A DNA stretch of 64,000 nt from Geosiphon pyriformis uo1 (taxonomy: Eukaryota; Fungi; Glomeromycota). Of the stretch, positions 10,088 to 21,806 are shown in pieces. A program made the translations under genes and the position numbers. The DNA is taken from positions 1,613,924-1,677,923 of the forward strand of contig JAAOMT010000009.1 of NCBI GenBank assembly GCA_016748015.1, written 5' to 3'. The notes beneath the pieces were generated by a model. It did not search any database and was not told the origin of the DNA. It saw nothing but the letters and a program-made list of their open reading frames with translations. Each line of letters begins with the position of its first letter. Position 1 is the first letter of the stretch.

Positions 10088-10747
10088 ATGGTAGACACAA
10101 CAGAAAATATCAGAAAAATGGAAATTACAGACAACATTTACTTAATAGCACAACAACTCTTTCAATTAATCCAACACCAGGAAATGGAGATTACAATCAA
10201 TCAACAAACCATTCGATATCAAGATACTAGAAAGACATTTCAACTCAGAACACAGAAGAAAACTGAAAATACTGTGGACAAAATCATGGCAAAAATAAAA
10301 TTAGCAATAAAAGAATTGACAAAGGAGTCACTATATCAAGAGTTGACTAAAGAAACTTGGAATTGGTAGATACAACAATTTCCACAAAACTATTGTTATT
10401 TTTACTTGGGACAACACATAAATATCCAGAATCTATATACGGATAAAACAAAGCGATTATTCAACAAAAAAATACTACAACAATTAGAACATTTTGTGGG
10501 AAAGAACAACTTATCCACACAAGCCCGAGCCATATATTGAATACACACAACATTTCAAGATAAACCAGAAATATTGCTCAATAAAGCAATGGATCTGGTT
10601 ACCAGTAATTAATTGGGAAAAATCACCAATGCTCAATTTGAAAAATTATAGACCCAAATAACACAAGTAATTCTCGAAAACAAAATCCAAGAAATACTTC
10701 AAGAGAGGGAATCACATGAGTTAAATTTCGACAGAGCTCAATATTAA
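10088..10747 (+). pseudogene. A ORF3: about 219-codon accessory protein of unknown function
   Basis: One frame from ATG 10088 to TAA 10747, with four internal stops each explicable by transition mutations. Homologues are at the same position in B and X. Confidence 0.75.
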
Positions 10748-10760
10748 AAGGAGAGAATAA
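10746..10760 (+). promoter_or_regulatory. Polypurine tract of A
   Basis: AAAAGGAGAGAATAA abuts the TG of the 3' LTR. Confidence 0.9.
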
Positions 10761-11629
10761 TGTTACTTATAGAAATATAAGAAATATATTAGCATAATTA
10801 TTAGCCAATCAGAAGTAAGTGTAGTAAAATGTGGAATTCCAGGATTCCTCTCAGGAATTGCAGAATTCCAGGAATTTCAGGATTCCCAACAAGGAATTTC
10901 AGGATTCCTGTCATGAAGAATCGAGGAATTGAGGAATCTCAATTATGTATATATAGCAGTAGTGTTAGAAACAGAAAAAACAGAATTGATACCACAAAAT
11001 CCTTAGCCTAAAAACGCAATCATCAAATAAATAATTATTTTATATCTCTATCCAATTCCCCATTATTAATTCTTCATGTTGATAGTAATTGATACTTGAC
11101 CACGCTAAAACAATAGCTTTTAAATTATGGCTATTGACGAAATACTAATCTGCAAATCACCTTGGCTTATTTCTTTGCTTTTTTTATTTACTTTTATTTC
11201 TTTTTTTCTTTATTTTATTTTGATTTGTTGTTATATACTAATTAAGAAACAATTAAGCACTGAGTTATTGATGTCAAGGATAGTCTGATAAAAGACCCAG
11301 AAATACAGGTAGGATTTTATATATTATTGGATAGCTTATTAGAAGAGCACAACTGCCAGACTAAATCCAGCCACCATGCTGAGAAAAAAATTGGGAAAAC
11401 TTTTGGAAAATATCTCTACTATCGACACTATTGAATCTCTGTTTATTATACAAAAGACTCAACCAAAACCTTCAGATCCACAACAAAACCTTCAGATCAA
11501 CCAAAACTTTCAGATCAACCAAAACCTTCAGATATCATACCTTTCGCACATCATCCACGAAAGTAGCTTTTGAGCACCAAGTTATGGGTTTGTTATTTAA
11601 TTCAACAGCAGAAATAATTACCTGTAACA
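10761..11629 (+). repeat. 3' LTR of A (869 bp)
   Basis: TGTTAC...TGTAACA, a direct repeat of 1455-2378. Confidence 0.95.
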
Positions 11630-11793
11630 ACAGAATTGGCCATTCCACTTATAAGTCCAGCAGTTCAAATTATAGGAGATAATTTGAAAATAAATTCAGT
11701 TATTAAAGGTTCAAACACTTCCTATAATCGTGAATTAACAGCATTACAACAAACATACAAGAGCTAAGAAGAGACCAAAAACCTCTGGTAACA

Positions 11794-12765
11794 GTAGTAA
11801 TGTTTGGTGTTCTACTTTAGCCTTTCAAGTTTGTATGTTTTTTGCAGTGTTAGTGTTATCAGTCTCTGAAAATCTATTTTTATACGTAAATTTACCTGTT
11901 GAGTTCTTTGGTTATAAGACACAGAGTTTATCTTTTGTTAATTGCAACTTTTCCATCAATGTGAATGTTCTCCTCTGAGCTAACAAGTGCAGTCATTAGA
12001 GTTCGGCATTGTCTTTTCATCTTTCTGGTAAGCTAACAAAATAATGTTAATATCCAAAACTGTAGGGGGAGCTTCCCTCTTTTACCAGACTATTACGAAG
12101 TCTATTCCAAAACAGTCAATTTTCTAATTTTGTCACTTCACCAAAAATAAAAAAAATGAAAATGAAAAGAAAATAAGAGAAAATAAAAAGAAAAAAAAAA
12201 TTTAGTTTTTGTCAATCACCATGATCAAGAGCAATTGGTCCAAGTTGTTAAGGTTCGAAACATTTATGCTAATGGCATCTGTTCTAGAATAGAAGTAATA
12301 AACAATGATTCAATTAAAACATAAAAGTTTAGAGAACATAGGTTTGTGATTTTGGAATATTTGATTTATTTTGGAATGTGTGTATAGACTAAAATATGAG
12401 AGAGTAAAGGAAAATTGATTCTTGTCTAGCTATCTGTTCTCTTTCTAACTTCTACAACTACTCATTTTTATACATTCTTTTGGTTTTACAGGATTGCTTT
12501 CAATTATTACATTATTACTAGCTATTGCTTTGTTATTTCTGTTATTGCTTCATTATTCTATGTTATTGCTAATTATCTTATGTTATAACGTGTTATCTGG
12601 TATTATTATATGCTATTCTGTGTTATCCTACATTATAATGTGTTATCCTGCATTATAATGCATTATTCTACATTATTGCATATTATCTTGTGTTATGTCA
12701 CGTTTTGTTCACATTTTGGTTACATTTTTCTCATAACTTGGATCAGTTTTTCTACTTAGATAACA
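11794..12765 (-). repeat. 3' LTR of B (interrupted by X near its U5 end)
   Basis: Direct repeat of 20848-21806. U3 tandem array at about 12500-12700. Confidence 0.92.
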
Positions 12766-12778
12766 TTATCTCTCTCTT

Positions 12779-13513
12779 TTAAAATTGAGCTTCTGTGAAA
12801 CTGTATGTATCTGTTATTATGACTTCGTTCATGTAATGTTTGATAGTTGTCTCGAGTATTGCTTTTTGTAGGTCTTTGAACTGTTGATTGGTTATTCATC
12901 CTATGTTGTTAACTATTATGGTTTTCATAGAATCATTTAGTAGTACATTTGGACAATGTTGGAAGACAGCATATAGTTGGTATGCTGCTTTGTAATGTAG
13001 GATTAAGTTGTTTCTTCCTACAAATTTTTTTATCTGTTGCATTGCTTCTTTGTTGAATGTTCTCTGGCTGAGGTTTTTATATGATGTTTTCAAGTCAAGC
13101 TGCTCTCTAATTTTGTAGAACCAATAGGCTGGCAGAAGTCTTTCTTTCCATTCCTGGGTGTTGTCTAATGTCCACTCCCCTGTTTTGGGAAGTTCAGTCT
13201 CACGAGATAAAGATTCTTTAATTTCTTCTATCTTGGGGGCCAAGTATCTTCTTTTGTAACCTTTTTTTTGTTCCTTCTCTCTTTCTTCTCCACCTTCTGC
13301 CTGAAAGCAATTTTTTCTTTAACATTGCTTTTTGGGCAGTGTGTAGGGAAAGAAATGTTTAGTTCTAGTTGAACTCTCGTCCTTCTTTCTCCTGCTCTTA
13401 TCTTTGTATTATATCTTTTTTTTATCAATTGTTATTTCTATTTAAGCAGAAGACTATTGAATTGCATCAAACAGTTGTTTCGAAAGTTGTAAAATTTGAT
13501 CTGAAAGGTCTAT
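12779..13513 (-). pseudogene. B ORF3 (homologue of A ORF3)
   Basis: (M>I)DLSDQILQLSKQLFDAIQ...EITI; YWFYKI...FVGRNNL..YKAAYQLYAVFQHCPNVLLN...IG*ITNQQF...FTEAQF*. Confidence 0.75.
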
Positions 13514-13597
13514 GTTAAAAAGGTTCTATTGATTCTTGCTGTTTTTCTAGATGTTATATATACTTGAATTTTCCAATTAAATACTCATGTATCACTG

Positions 13598-14965
13598 TTA
13601 TGTTTCGATGATAATAATTGGTTCCAGATCTCATGATATATTTTTTGGTTTGATTAATAAAATTTGTGTTCTTAATTAAGATACTGATGACAATGACTGC
13701 TGTTTTGCATGATAAATTTTTAATTGGTTTCTATGAGCTACTTTCTTTAGAATCTTGTCTTTCAATCATAATTTGTAAGCTCCATTTCCTAAAGCTTCTT
13801 GTATGTGGAATAGACTGTCCCACTTTGGGTCAAACTTTTCACTTCACTATTTCTCAGCTTTTGTATGATGTAACAGTACTTGGTCTCCAATCTTGAATTT
13901 TATTAGTTGTTCAAGCAAGCAATTGTTATGTCTTTTCTTTTGCCATTTTTGAATGTTACTAATGTTATCAGCTACTGTTCTTTAGTTGTTTTCTAATGTT
14001 TCCATTAGCTAGTACATTCTTTGGTGTAAGATAGCTTCAAAATTCTCTTCAGTAATTGTTTCTGTTGAGTAGGACAATATTTCTTGTTTGATAGGTAACA
14101 TGGTTTTTCTTCTATAAACTAGTTTGAATGGTATAAATTGTGTCGTATTTTGCTTTAGTGTTTGATATGCAAAGAGTACTGAAGATATGAATAAGTCCCA
14201 TTTTTGTTCATTTTCTTGACTTATTTTAGCTAGTGCTTCACACAGGGTTTGGTTAAACTGTTCTACCAGTCCGTTTATTTGTGGGTAGTATGGTGATAAT
14301 AAAGAATGTTTTATATTAAACCATTGGCTTAATTCTATTAATGTATTGTTGACAAAATGCGTTCCTTGATTAGATAACAATTCTTTCGGACATTCATGTC
14401 TACAAATTAGGTCTTGATGTATAAACTCGGCAACTGTTTTGGCATCGGCCACTTGAATTGCTCTGGCTTCTGGCCATTTTGTAAGATAGTCAATGGCTAC
14501 AGCAATATACTGATTTTCTTTGGATGTAATTGAGAAAGGACCAACCAAGTTGATTTCAATTCTATCAAATGAATTTCCAACTGGAATGGGTCAAAGTAGT
14601 TCTGTTGATTTTGCTTCTTCTCTCCTTTGGCATAAATTACAATTAAGAACGTATTTGAAAATATCCTTATACATCATTGGCCAATAGTATAGGTTGCTTG
14701 TTCTTCTCAGAGTAGCATCTTTGTTGAAGTGTTCTGCTATTGGATTTGAGTGCATGCTATATAATATGGTTTCTTTTTCACTGTTTTTTATCAATCATTG
14801 TGGGGTGAGATGATTTCATTGTTCTTGACAGTAGAGTTGGTTATTTTGAATAAAGTAGTTTTTTGCTTGTTTCCATATAGTATTCTGTTTCTGTTGAGAT
14901 AAGATCTCCTTGAAATGTAGTGTCAATAGGTACTGATGTATTTGTTGATAGGTGGTTGTGTCCAT
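13598..14965 (-). pseudogene. int: B ORF2: integrase, separate ORF
   Basis: ATG (MDTTTYQQI) lies 10 nt after the RNase H TGA, in another frame. HHCC and DDE motifs are in track ORFs 14591-14794 and 14009-14548. Confidence 0.88.
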
Positions 14966-14975
14966 GGGTCTGAGG

Positions 14976-17900
14976 TCAGATTTGTGGCATTCTCGATAAA
15001 CTGTCAGCATTGGTGTTCTTGGATCCTTCTTTGTAGTGGACTTTGAGTGGGAATTGTTGCAAATAAGTGCTTCATCATGCATATTTTCTTTCCAGCTGTG
15101 GATTATTGAGTAATTAGATGAATTTCTTATGATCAGTATAAAAGTTGAATGGTTAACTGAGATAATATTTCCAAGTCTGTACAGCCCAATAAATGGTAAA
15201 ACATTCCAAGTCTGTTGTACTATATACTTTTTCTGCTGGACTTGTGCTATAACTAGCATATGTAATTGGATGTTCTCTTTTGTCTAGTCCTATTTGAGAT
15301 AAAATGGCTCCTAGTACATTTTTTGAGGCATCTGTAGCAATGATAAAACATTTGGTAAAATTAGAGTAGATCAATATTGAAGAGATGATCAACTGCTACT
15401 TGAGATAGATGAATGCTTTCTGCTGGTCTTTTTTCCATAAGTATAGTACATATTTGGATAACAAGTAATGGAGAAGTTTTGCAATGGTGGAAAATCTCTT
15501 AATAAATTTTTAATAGTATCCTGCTAATCCCAAAAATTCTCATAATTCTCGTAAGTTGATTGGGGCTGGAAAGTCTTTGACTTTTTGGATTTTGTCTGGA
15601 TTGGGCTTAACTCCATCTTTTTCAATCATGTGCCCTAAGAATTTTAGTTCGGTTTTTCTGAAGAAGTATTTGTCAGGATTGAGTTTTAATCTGGCATTTT
15701 AAAGGCACTCGAACATTTGTTGAAGGTAGAACAAATGGTCGTCAAATGTTTTTGAAAACACGTTGGTGTTGTCTAGATAAACTACAACTAATTTCCAAAG
15801 GATTCCTTTGTATACTACATCCATGAAGTGTTGAAAAGTGGCAGGAGCATTACGGAGTCTAAAAGGCATCACATTAAATTCGAAATTACTGTCTTGAGTG
15901 GTAAATGCTGTTTTTCTTTTGTCTTTGGAGTCTATTTTAACCTGCCAATAACCACTGGCTAAATCTAATAACAAGAACCATTTCTTTTTCTCTAGATTGT
16001 CCAGAATTTCCTGGATGAGGGGAATGGGATAACTATCTCCTCACGTAACACTGTTTAGTTTCCTGTAGTCCATGCAGAATTGCACTTTTCTATTTTTCTT
16101 GGTGATCAAGACTACTGGAGAGGACCACAGGCTTAATAATTCTTTAATTAAGCCATTATCAAGCATTCATTGCACTTCTTGCTTAATTAAGTTATCACCA
16201 GATAGAAGTACTCAGTAGGTTCATTGCTTAATAGGTTGAGCATTTCTCATGTCAATTTGGTGTTTCACAATGTCAGTATGTCTGAACTCATTTTCACTGG
16301 CAAAGACATTGGCATACTGTTTTAGAAGAACTTTGAATTACATTTGTTGCAGGATACTTAAGTTTCCTAAATTCAATTTATTGATCTCCTCTGGTGTAAA
16401 CAGATAACTTTCCTTTGGCAAATTCTATACTTGGGATGTAATGTCACAGAATAAGAACAATTATGCAAAATCTGGAATAGACTGGGGTTTCTTGGAATTC
16501 TGAATATCTGTGGATATAGAACTGATGAGAGTTCCCTCAGAAATTTCTATAACATCTTCAGTCAGATTGTAAATGGGGATTTTGAAGTGTTTATGAGCCT
16601 TTGTTGGGAGATATAAGTTAGTGACATCCACTAGGGAACAGATTTCAGGGTCAGCTTCAAATATTAGGGCTTGGCCTTGAATCTTCCAATTCACTTTAAG
16701 AATATATTGTCAATAGAAAGGAATGAAAATGACAGTGTTGGTGTAGATAAGTTTTACCTGGTCATTGTCTTCTTCCGCAAGATTGACTGCTATATTTCCT
16801 CTTCCACTTGATCCAAATCTACTGATTCCTCAGGCAGTGAGACCTAATTCTGCTTGGGTTGTGACCAGAATTAGTTGGGGTAATTTGACTAAGGGCAGAA
16901 AGAGAGCTTGGGCAATTTTTTCATGGGATTCTATTTTGTAAGGCTTATTTGAATTGTTCTGTAGCATCACAATGATATTTCCAGTATATCTGGCATTGAT
17001 GATTTCTCCTTTTACATCAATTCTTTTCTTTGCGAGGCTAGATCTAGATGCTACTTATATCATAGTACTAACTGAAATTTTTAATGCTATTTTGAGATCT
17101 ATGCTTACTAGGAAATGTAGGGCTATAACTAGAGATGATTGTCCAGGGTGCCTTAAATCAAAACCAGCATTAGTGTCATGTGTTTTTTCAGGGCAGATTT
17201 TTTTTTCATTGTCACTGTACTATCTTAATTCTAATTCTTTAGAGAGGTCAAGATAAGTGAAATACTGCTCTGTTTCTGTAGTCTCATTTGGCTCTTGAAA
17301 TGGCCTGTCCTCAATTATTAATTTGGTTTCTTCTTCGAGTTCTGGTAGTTCATCAATAAGATATAATGTTCTCAGCAGTAGATTAAGCATGAGATCACAT
17401 TTGTTGCAGTACTAGAAATGGCAAGGGATTAAGCAATGATCACATAATTTTGTGTTTAGGTCAGCTAGTCTTTGTTCCTGTTCTTTTTGGGTCAGGGCCA
17501 ATTCTTGGTATCAATCCTGAAATGCATCCAGGTTATTTGTGAAGAAATCTTTGATAATGTAATTGGGTCCATCATATTTGGATACAAATGGATTTTCTTT
17601 GATTTTTTGTATTTCGCTGAGTGTGGCACCTTCAGCTTTAGCACTTGCTATTCTCCATATTTCATGTTCATTATGCAGGTAACCATCCAATCGATTAAGT
17701 GCTTATCTCCAGGTGTCCTCAATCAGAGTTCTCTTTCATACTCAATCATTGATCAAGATGGTATATTGACACACTTCATCACATGTCCCTTTTCTGCCAG
17801 GTACATCATTTCAGAGCCCTTTATCTAGTAGGCTTTTGCCACAGGCAAGACATGACATATTGTCCCATTTGCCTTGTTGTTTTGGTCATCTAAATTTTTT

Positions 17901-20758
17901 CAACACACAGGGTCTACAATAATATTTGGTGGTAGTTGGCCATTTTTTATTATCTCTGATACATGCACCCATCAAAGATAGCTTCTTTCCACAATTAATA
18001 CAGATTAGCTTTAGAGGTTGATAAAATAGGTTTCTTTGATCGCTAATTGGGTAGCCTTATAATGAAGATTCTTTTTTAACTCTTTCTTTTCCCTTTTTTT
18101 TTAGGTTGGTGGTGGGGGTAACTCTGTTCGGAGATCATCTGCCCAGGAAACTTGATAAATTTCTATGATTGGCAGTGGTATTGTGTCCTCAAATTCGATC
18201 AATGGTTGTTCTCTGTCTTGAGTTTTGAAATGTCCACACATAGCAGGAACTCGGACATGCTGCCTATTGAACATGATTTGGAGCTCTTGGGTGTTCCAAT
18301 CACAAGTAGTGTTGGCTTTTAATAACCAATCATTTCCTACAAGGGCTTGATATTAAGTTGCTTCCATAATGAACACTTTGGTAAGGATTTGAATTCCATT
18401 GATTTCAAAAGGAAAGTTGTCAATTTCCTCTATTAGAGTTTTTGTGTTTCCATTCACGGTGATTATTCTAGTGGTGACAGCATGATTCACTCAGTGACCT
18501 AATTGATTCATGAGTTGTTTTGTAATTATACTACCAGCTGATCCACTGTTGAGTATTAGCTTAATGTCTAAATTTTCAATTCTAGCTTTAGCATACATGG
18601 CTGTTATGAGTTTATCCTGGTTAATGGCAGCTTTACTGAATAGGCTAGTGGTATACAGATTATCCACATCAAAGGAGAAGATAGTGGTAAGAGTGGTGTT
18701 TTCTGTAATAATAGTGGGTGGAATAGTATGGGGGGTTTGGTTTTGACTTAAAGGGTTGAGAAGTTCTTCTACATCCTTTTTTTCTAAAAGTGTAGGGCTA
18801 TCAAAATCTTGGGTTTCATTGAAACCAAGATAGGAGACTTGATTTGGGTATTCAGATGGTACTGGTTGAGACAGGACATAATCATGATTGATGGATTGCA
18901 CTAGTCCACTATTAGTTTGCATCTGATTATTACTGGGGTTCCTCCATTTTTGGTTGTAATCAATTGCATGAGGTTTGAGTTGGTTATAAATGGGGTTTTG
19001 GTACTGAGAGGCTGCTTAAGCCAATGGCTGTAATGGCTGATAATAGTTCAAAGGCAGTTGTTGATTATACATGAATGGTTGTAAGTATTGGGGCAGTGAA
19101 TATTGGAATGGGTATTGTGGTCCCGTAGCCTGAGGATATCTTGGTTGTTAATATTAATTTCCTCAGTTCTGGTCTACTAATTTCTGTCAGCAATTCTGAG
19201 CAATATGTCCAGGTTTTTAACAGTAGTAACAGTTGTGAGGATCAGATCTCCAAGGTTGTTGCTGTTGCTGATGGTTCTGGTGCTGTGGGTATCTGCTGCT
19301 GTTGTTATTTTCTCTCTGTTGTGGTGGTTGGTAGATTTCTGTGGTTCCGGCTAAGAATTCCTCAATTTTTTGAGTTAATTTCTTACTTAATTGGGTGATC
19401 TTTGCGTCAATATTAGAGGCTCCATTGATGGCCAAGTTGACGGCTTGAGTATGGTTCGCTTCTTGTTCTGCAGACTCAAAATCATGGGCAAGAGTGACTG
19501 CTTCTTGTAGGTTTGTTGGATGGCGAGATCTCACTGATTGTAAGATACTACTTCTTAACCCCTTAACAAATTGATTAAGAATTTGTCTGAGGGTGTAATA
19601 GTCCCTCTTGATTGCCTGAACCTGTCAAAAAATTTGATTAAACCATCCAAGATAAGTGGTCATAGCTTTATGGTTTTTTTGTTTTACTATGCTGAACTGA
19701 TTTTATAATCTGATGAGTGTATTAGGGTCACAAAAATATTGTAGAAAAGCAAGCTTAAAAGCAGCAAAGTTGGTTGGTTTTTTTGTCAGACTTTGGTACC
19801 ACAAGTTTGCAGTTCCTGTTAGGAAAAATGGCAGTGCTTAAATAGCTCTATTATCATCCCAATTGTTGGCAGTAATTGCTTTCTTGGCTTTTGCAATCCA
19901 TAAGTACATGTTGTCTTCTTCACCAGAGAATTTTTCCAACTTGGCAATATCTCTGTAAGCCATAATTTGGTTGATGGGTAGAGGGCTCGAGAAGATTGGT
20001 GTCCGTGTTTTAGAGAGTTTTTCTGGTGCAAGTTCTGGTTGTTTTCTTTTGTCATTAGAACCAATAGGTTGTAAAATAGCTGTTTCTTCCATAAAGAGGT
20101 TTGCAGTTTCTGCTAAGATTTGTTCTATTAGTGGTTTCCAAGTTGACATATTCCTGTCTGTTTTACTAATTGTGGGGATCAGATTTCCAAACAACAATCT
20201 ATATTCTCCTAAAGATTTGGTTCAACTGTAATGATCCCAAGAGTGTAGATTTCCAGAAGTTTGTGGTGTTTCTGACTGGGTTTCCAGGGGTGGGTTGAAT
20301 ACAATTCTACTTTGGGGTGTCTGATGGTATAATGGAGTTGTTGGAAAAAGGAACCTTGGTTTCTTGTTAACTGTGGATTGAGTTTGTTCCCTTCTGGTTG
20401 TTGAATTGGATCCCAACTCATTTTTTTCTAAGTCTAATTCCTCTGGTTGGTTTACTTGAAGAAAACGTTTTTCCATGTAATGTTTAATGTCTGTATCGAC
20501 TATACAAAGGGTTTCAGTGATGGTTCATGTTGTGGTGTTTGTCGAGTATCCTAATAATTTGTGGTGGATCTGTTTACCAAGCTTTCTTGTATCTGTTGAT
20601 TGGCCTAACAAACAGTCGATTTTTGTATTGATGTAGTTGCAAAAATTACCTTCTGCATTAATGGTTTTAGCTAGTATTCCTAAGTCTTCTTGTAAGTATT
20701 AAAATAATGCTTTTTCATACAGGGAATAGTCCTTTCTTATTGTTCTAATAGTCACCAC
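14976..20758 (-). pseudogene. gag-pol: B ORF1: Gag-PR-Cys-rich-dUTPase-RT-RNase H
   Basis: Track ORFs show Gag (AKLEKFSGEED..W, RSRHPTNLQEA), PR (LILNSGSAGS), RT (LDLASGYWQV, YLDN) and RH (IATDAS). dUTPase AGFDL...ASRSSL...RGI.(G)FGSSG at about 16800-17200. Confidence 0.92.
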
Positions 20759-20801
20759 TTTTGTGAATATCTGGGGTGCTCTGTCTCTGTGGATTTTATA
20801 A

Positions 20802-20818
20802 CCTCATAAGGAGCACCA
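20802..20818 (-). promoter_or_regulatory. PBS of B (tRNA-Ile(UAU)-type)
   Basis: Reverse complement is TGGTGCTCCTTATGAGG, 2 nt from the LTR. Confidence 0.8.
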
Positions 20819-20820
20819 AA

Positions 20821-21806
20821 TGTTACAGGTAGAATTTAGTGTTTATGGTGATAATGTTTGGTACTCTACTTTAGTCTTTCAAGTTTGTATGTTTTTTGCA
20901 GTGTTAGTGTTATCAGTCTCTAAAAGTCTATTCCTGTACATGAATTTATCTGTTGAGTTCTTTGGTTATAAGGCACAGAGTTTATCTTTCATCAATTGCA
21001 ACTTTTCTGTTGATGTGAACATTCTCCTCTGAGCTAATAAGCACAGTCATTAGGGTTCAGCATTGTCTTTTCACCTTTCTGGTAAGCTAACAAGATAATA
21101 TTAATATCCAAAACTGTAGGGGGAGCTTCCTTCTTTTATCAGACTATCACAAAGTCTATTCCAAGACAGTTAATTTTTCAATGTTGCCACTCCACCAAAA
21201 ATAAAAAAAAGAAAACAAAAAGAAAATAAGAAAAAATGAAAAGAAAAAAAAAATTAGTTCTTGTCAATTGCCATGATCAAGAGCAATTGGTCCAAGTTGT
21301 TAAGGTTCGAAATGTTTATGCTAATGGCATCTGTCCTAGAATAGAAGTAATAAACAATGATTCAATTGAAACATAGAAGTTGGGAGAACATAGATTTGTG
21401 ATTTTGAAATATTTGATTTATTTTGGAATGTGTGTATAGACTAAAATATGAAAGAGTAAAGGAAAATTGATTCTTGTCTAGCTATTTGTTCTCTTTCTAA
21501 CTTCTATGACTACTTGTTTTTATATATTCTAGAATTGCTTTCAATTGTTATGTTATTACTAGCTATTGCTTTGTTATTTCTGTTATTGCTTCATTATTCT
21601 ATGTTATTGCTAGTTATCTTATATTATAACACATTATCTGGCATTATTACATGCTATTCTGTGTTATTCTATGTTATAACGTGTTATCCTGTATTATAAT
21701 GTATTATTCCATGTTATTGCATATTATCCTGTATTATGTCACATTTTGTTTATGTTTTGGTCACGTTTTTCTCATAACTTGGATCAGTTTTTCTATTCAG
21801 GTAACA
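20821..21806 (-). repeat. 5' LTR of B (986 bp)
   Basis: TGTTAC...TGTAACA termini on the minus strand. Confidence 0.93.

Larger units (their letters stand above)
1455..11629 (+). mobile_element. Full-length Ty3/Gypsy LTR retrotransposon A (about 10.2 kb, dUTPase-bearing, inactivated by point mutations)
   Basis: Paired LTRs, PBS, PPT, gag-PR-RT-RH-IN order. 4-bp TSD ACGG (1451-1454) / ACAG (11630-11633), differing at a CpG. Confidence 0.97.
1..11793 (+). mobile_element. LTR retrotransposon X: 3' end only (ORF3 remnant, PPT, 3' LTR 643-1454 + 11634-11793, split by element A)
   Basis: Purine tract GAGAAGAAGG just before TGTTACCAGA at 643. Its perfect 10-bp inverted complement TCTGGTAACA ends at 11793. 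The rejoined LTR is about 970 bp with a U3 tandem array and TATAAAA at about 1014. Confidence 0.8.
11794..21806 (-). mobile_element. Near full-length Ty3/Gypsy LTR retrotransposon B (dUTPase-bearing, distinct LTR family)
   Basis: LTRs 20821-21806 and 11794-12765 (last about 27 bp displaced by X), PBS 20802-20818, PPT 12766-12780, same domain order as A. Confidence 0.95.

Noticed and set aside
10088-10747. ORF3 as an envelope gene
   Set aside because: It is short, and no signal peptide, furin site or transmembrane anchor is visible.
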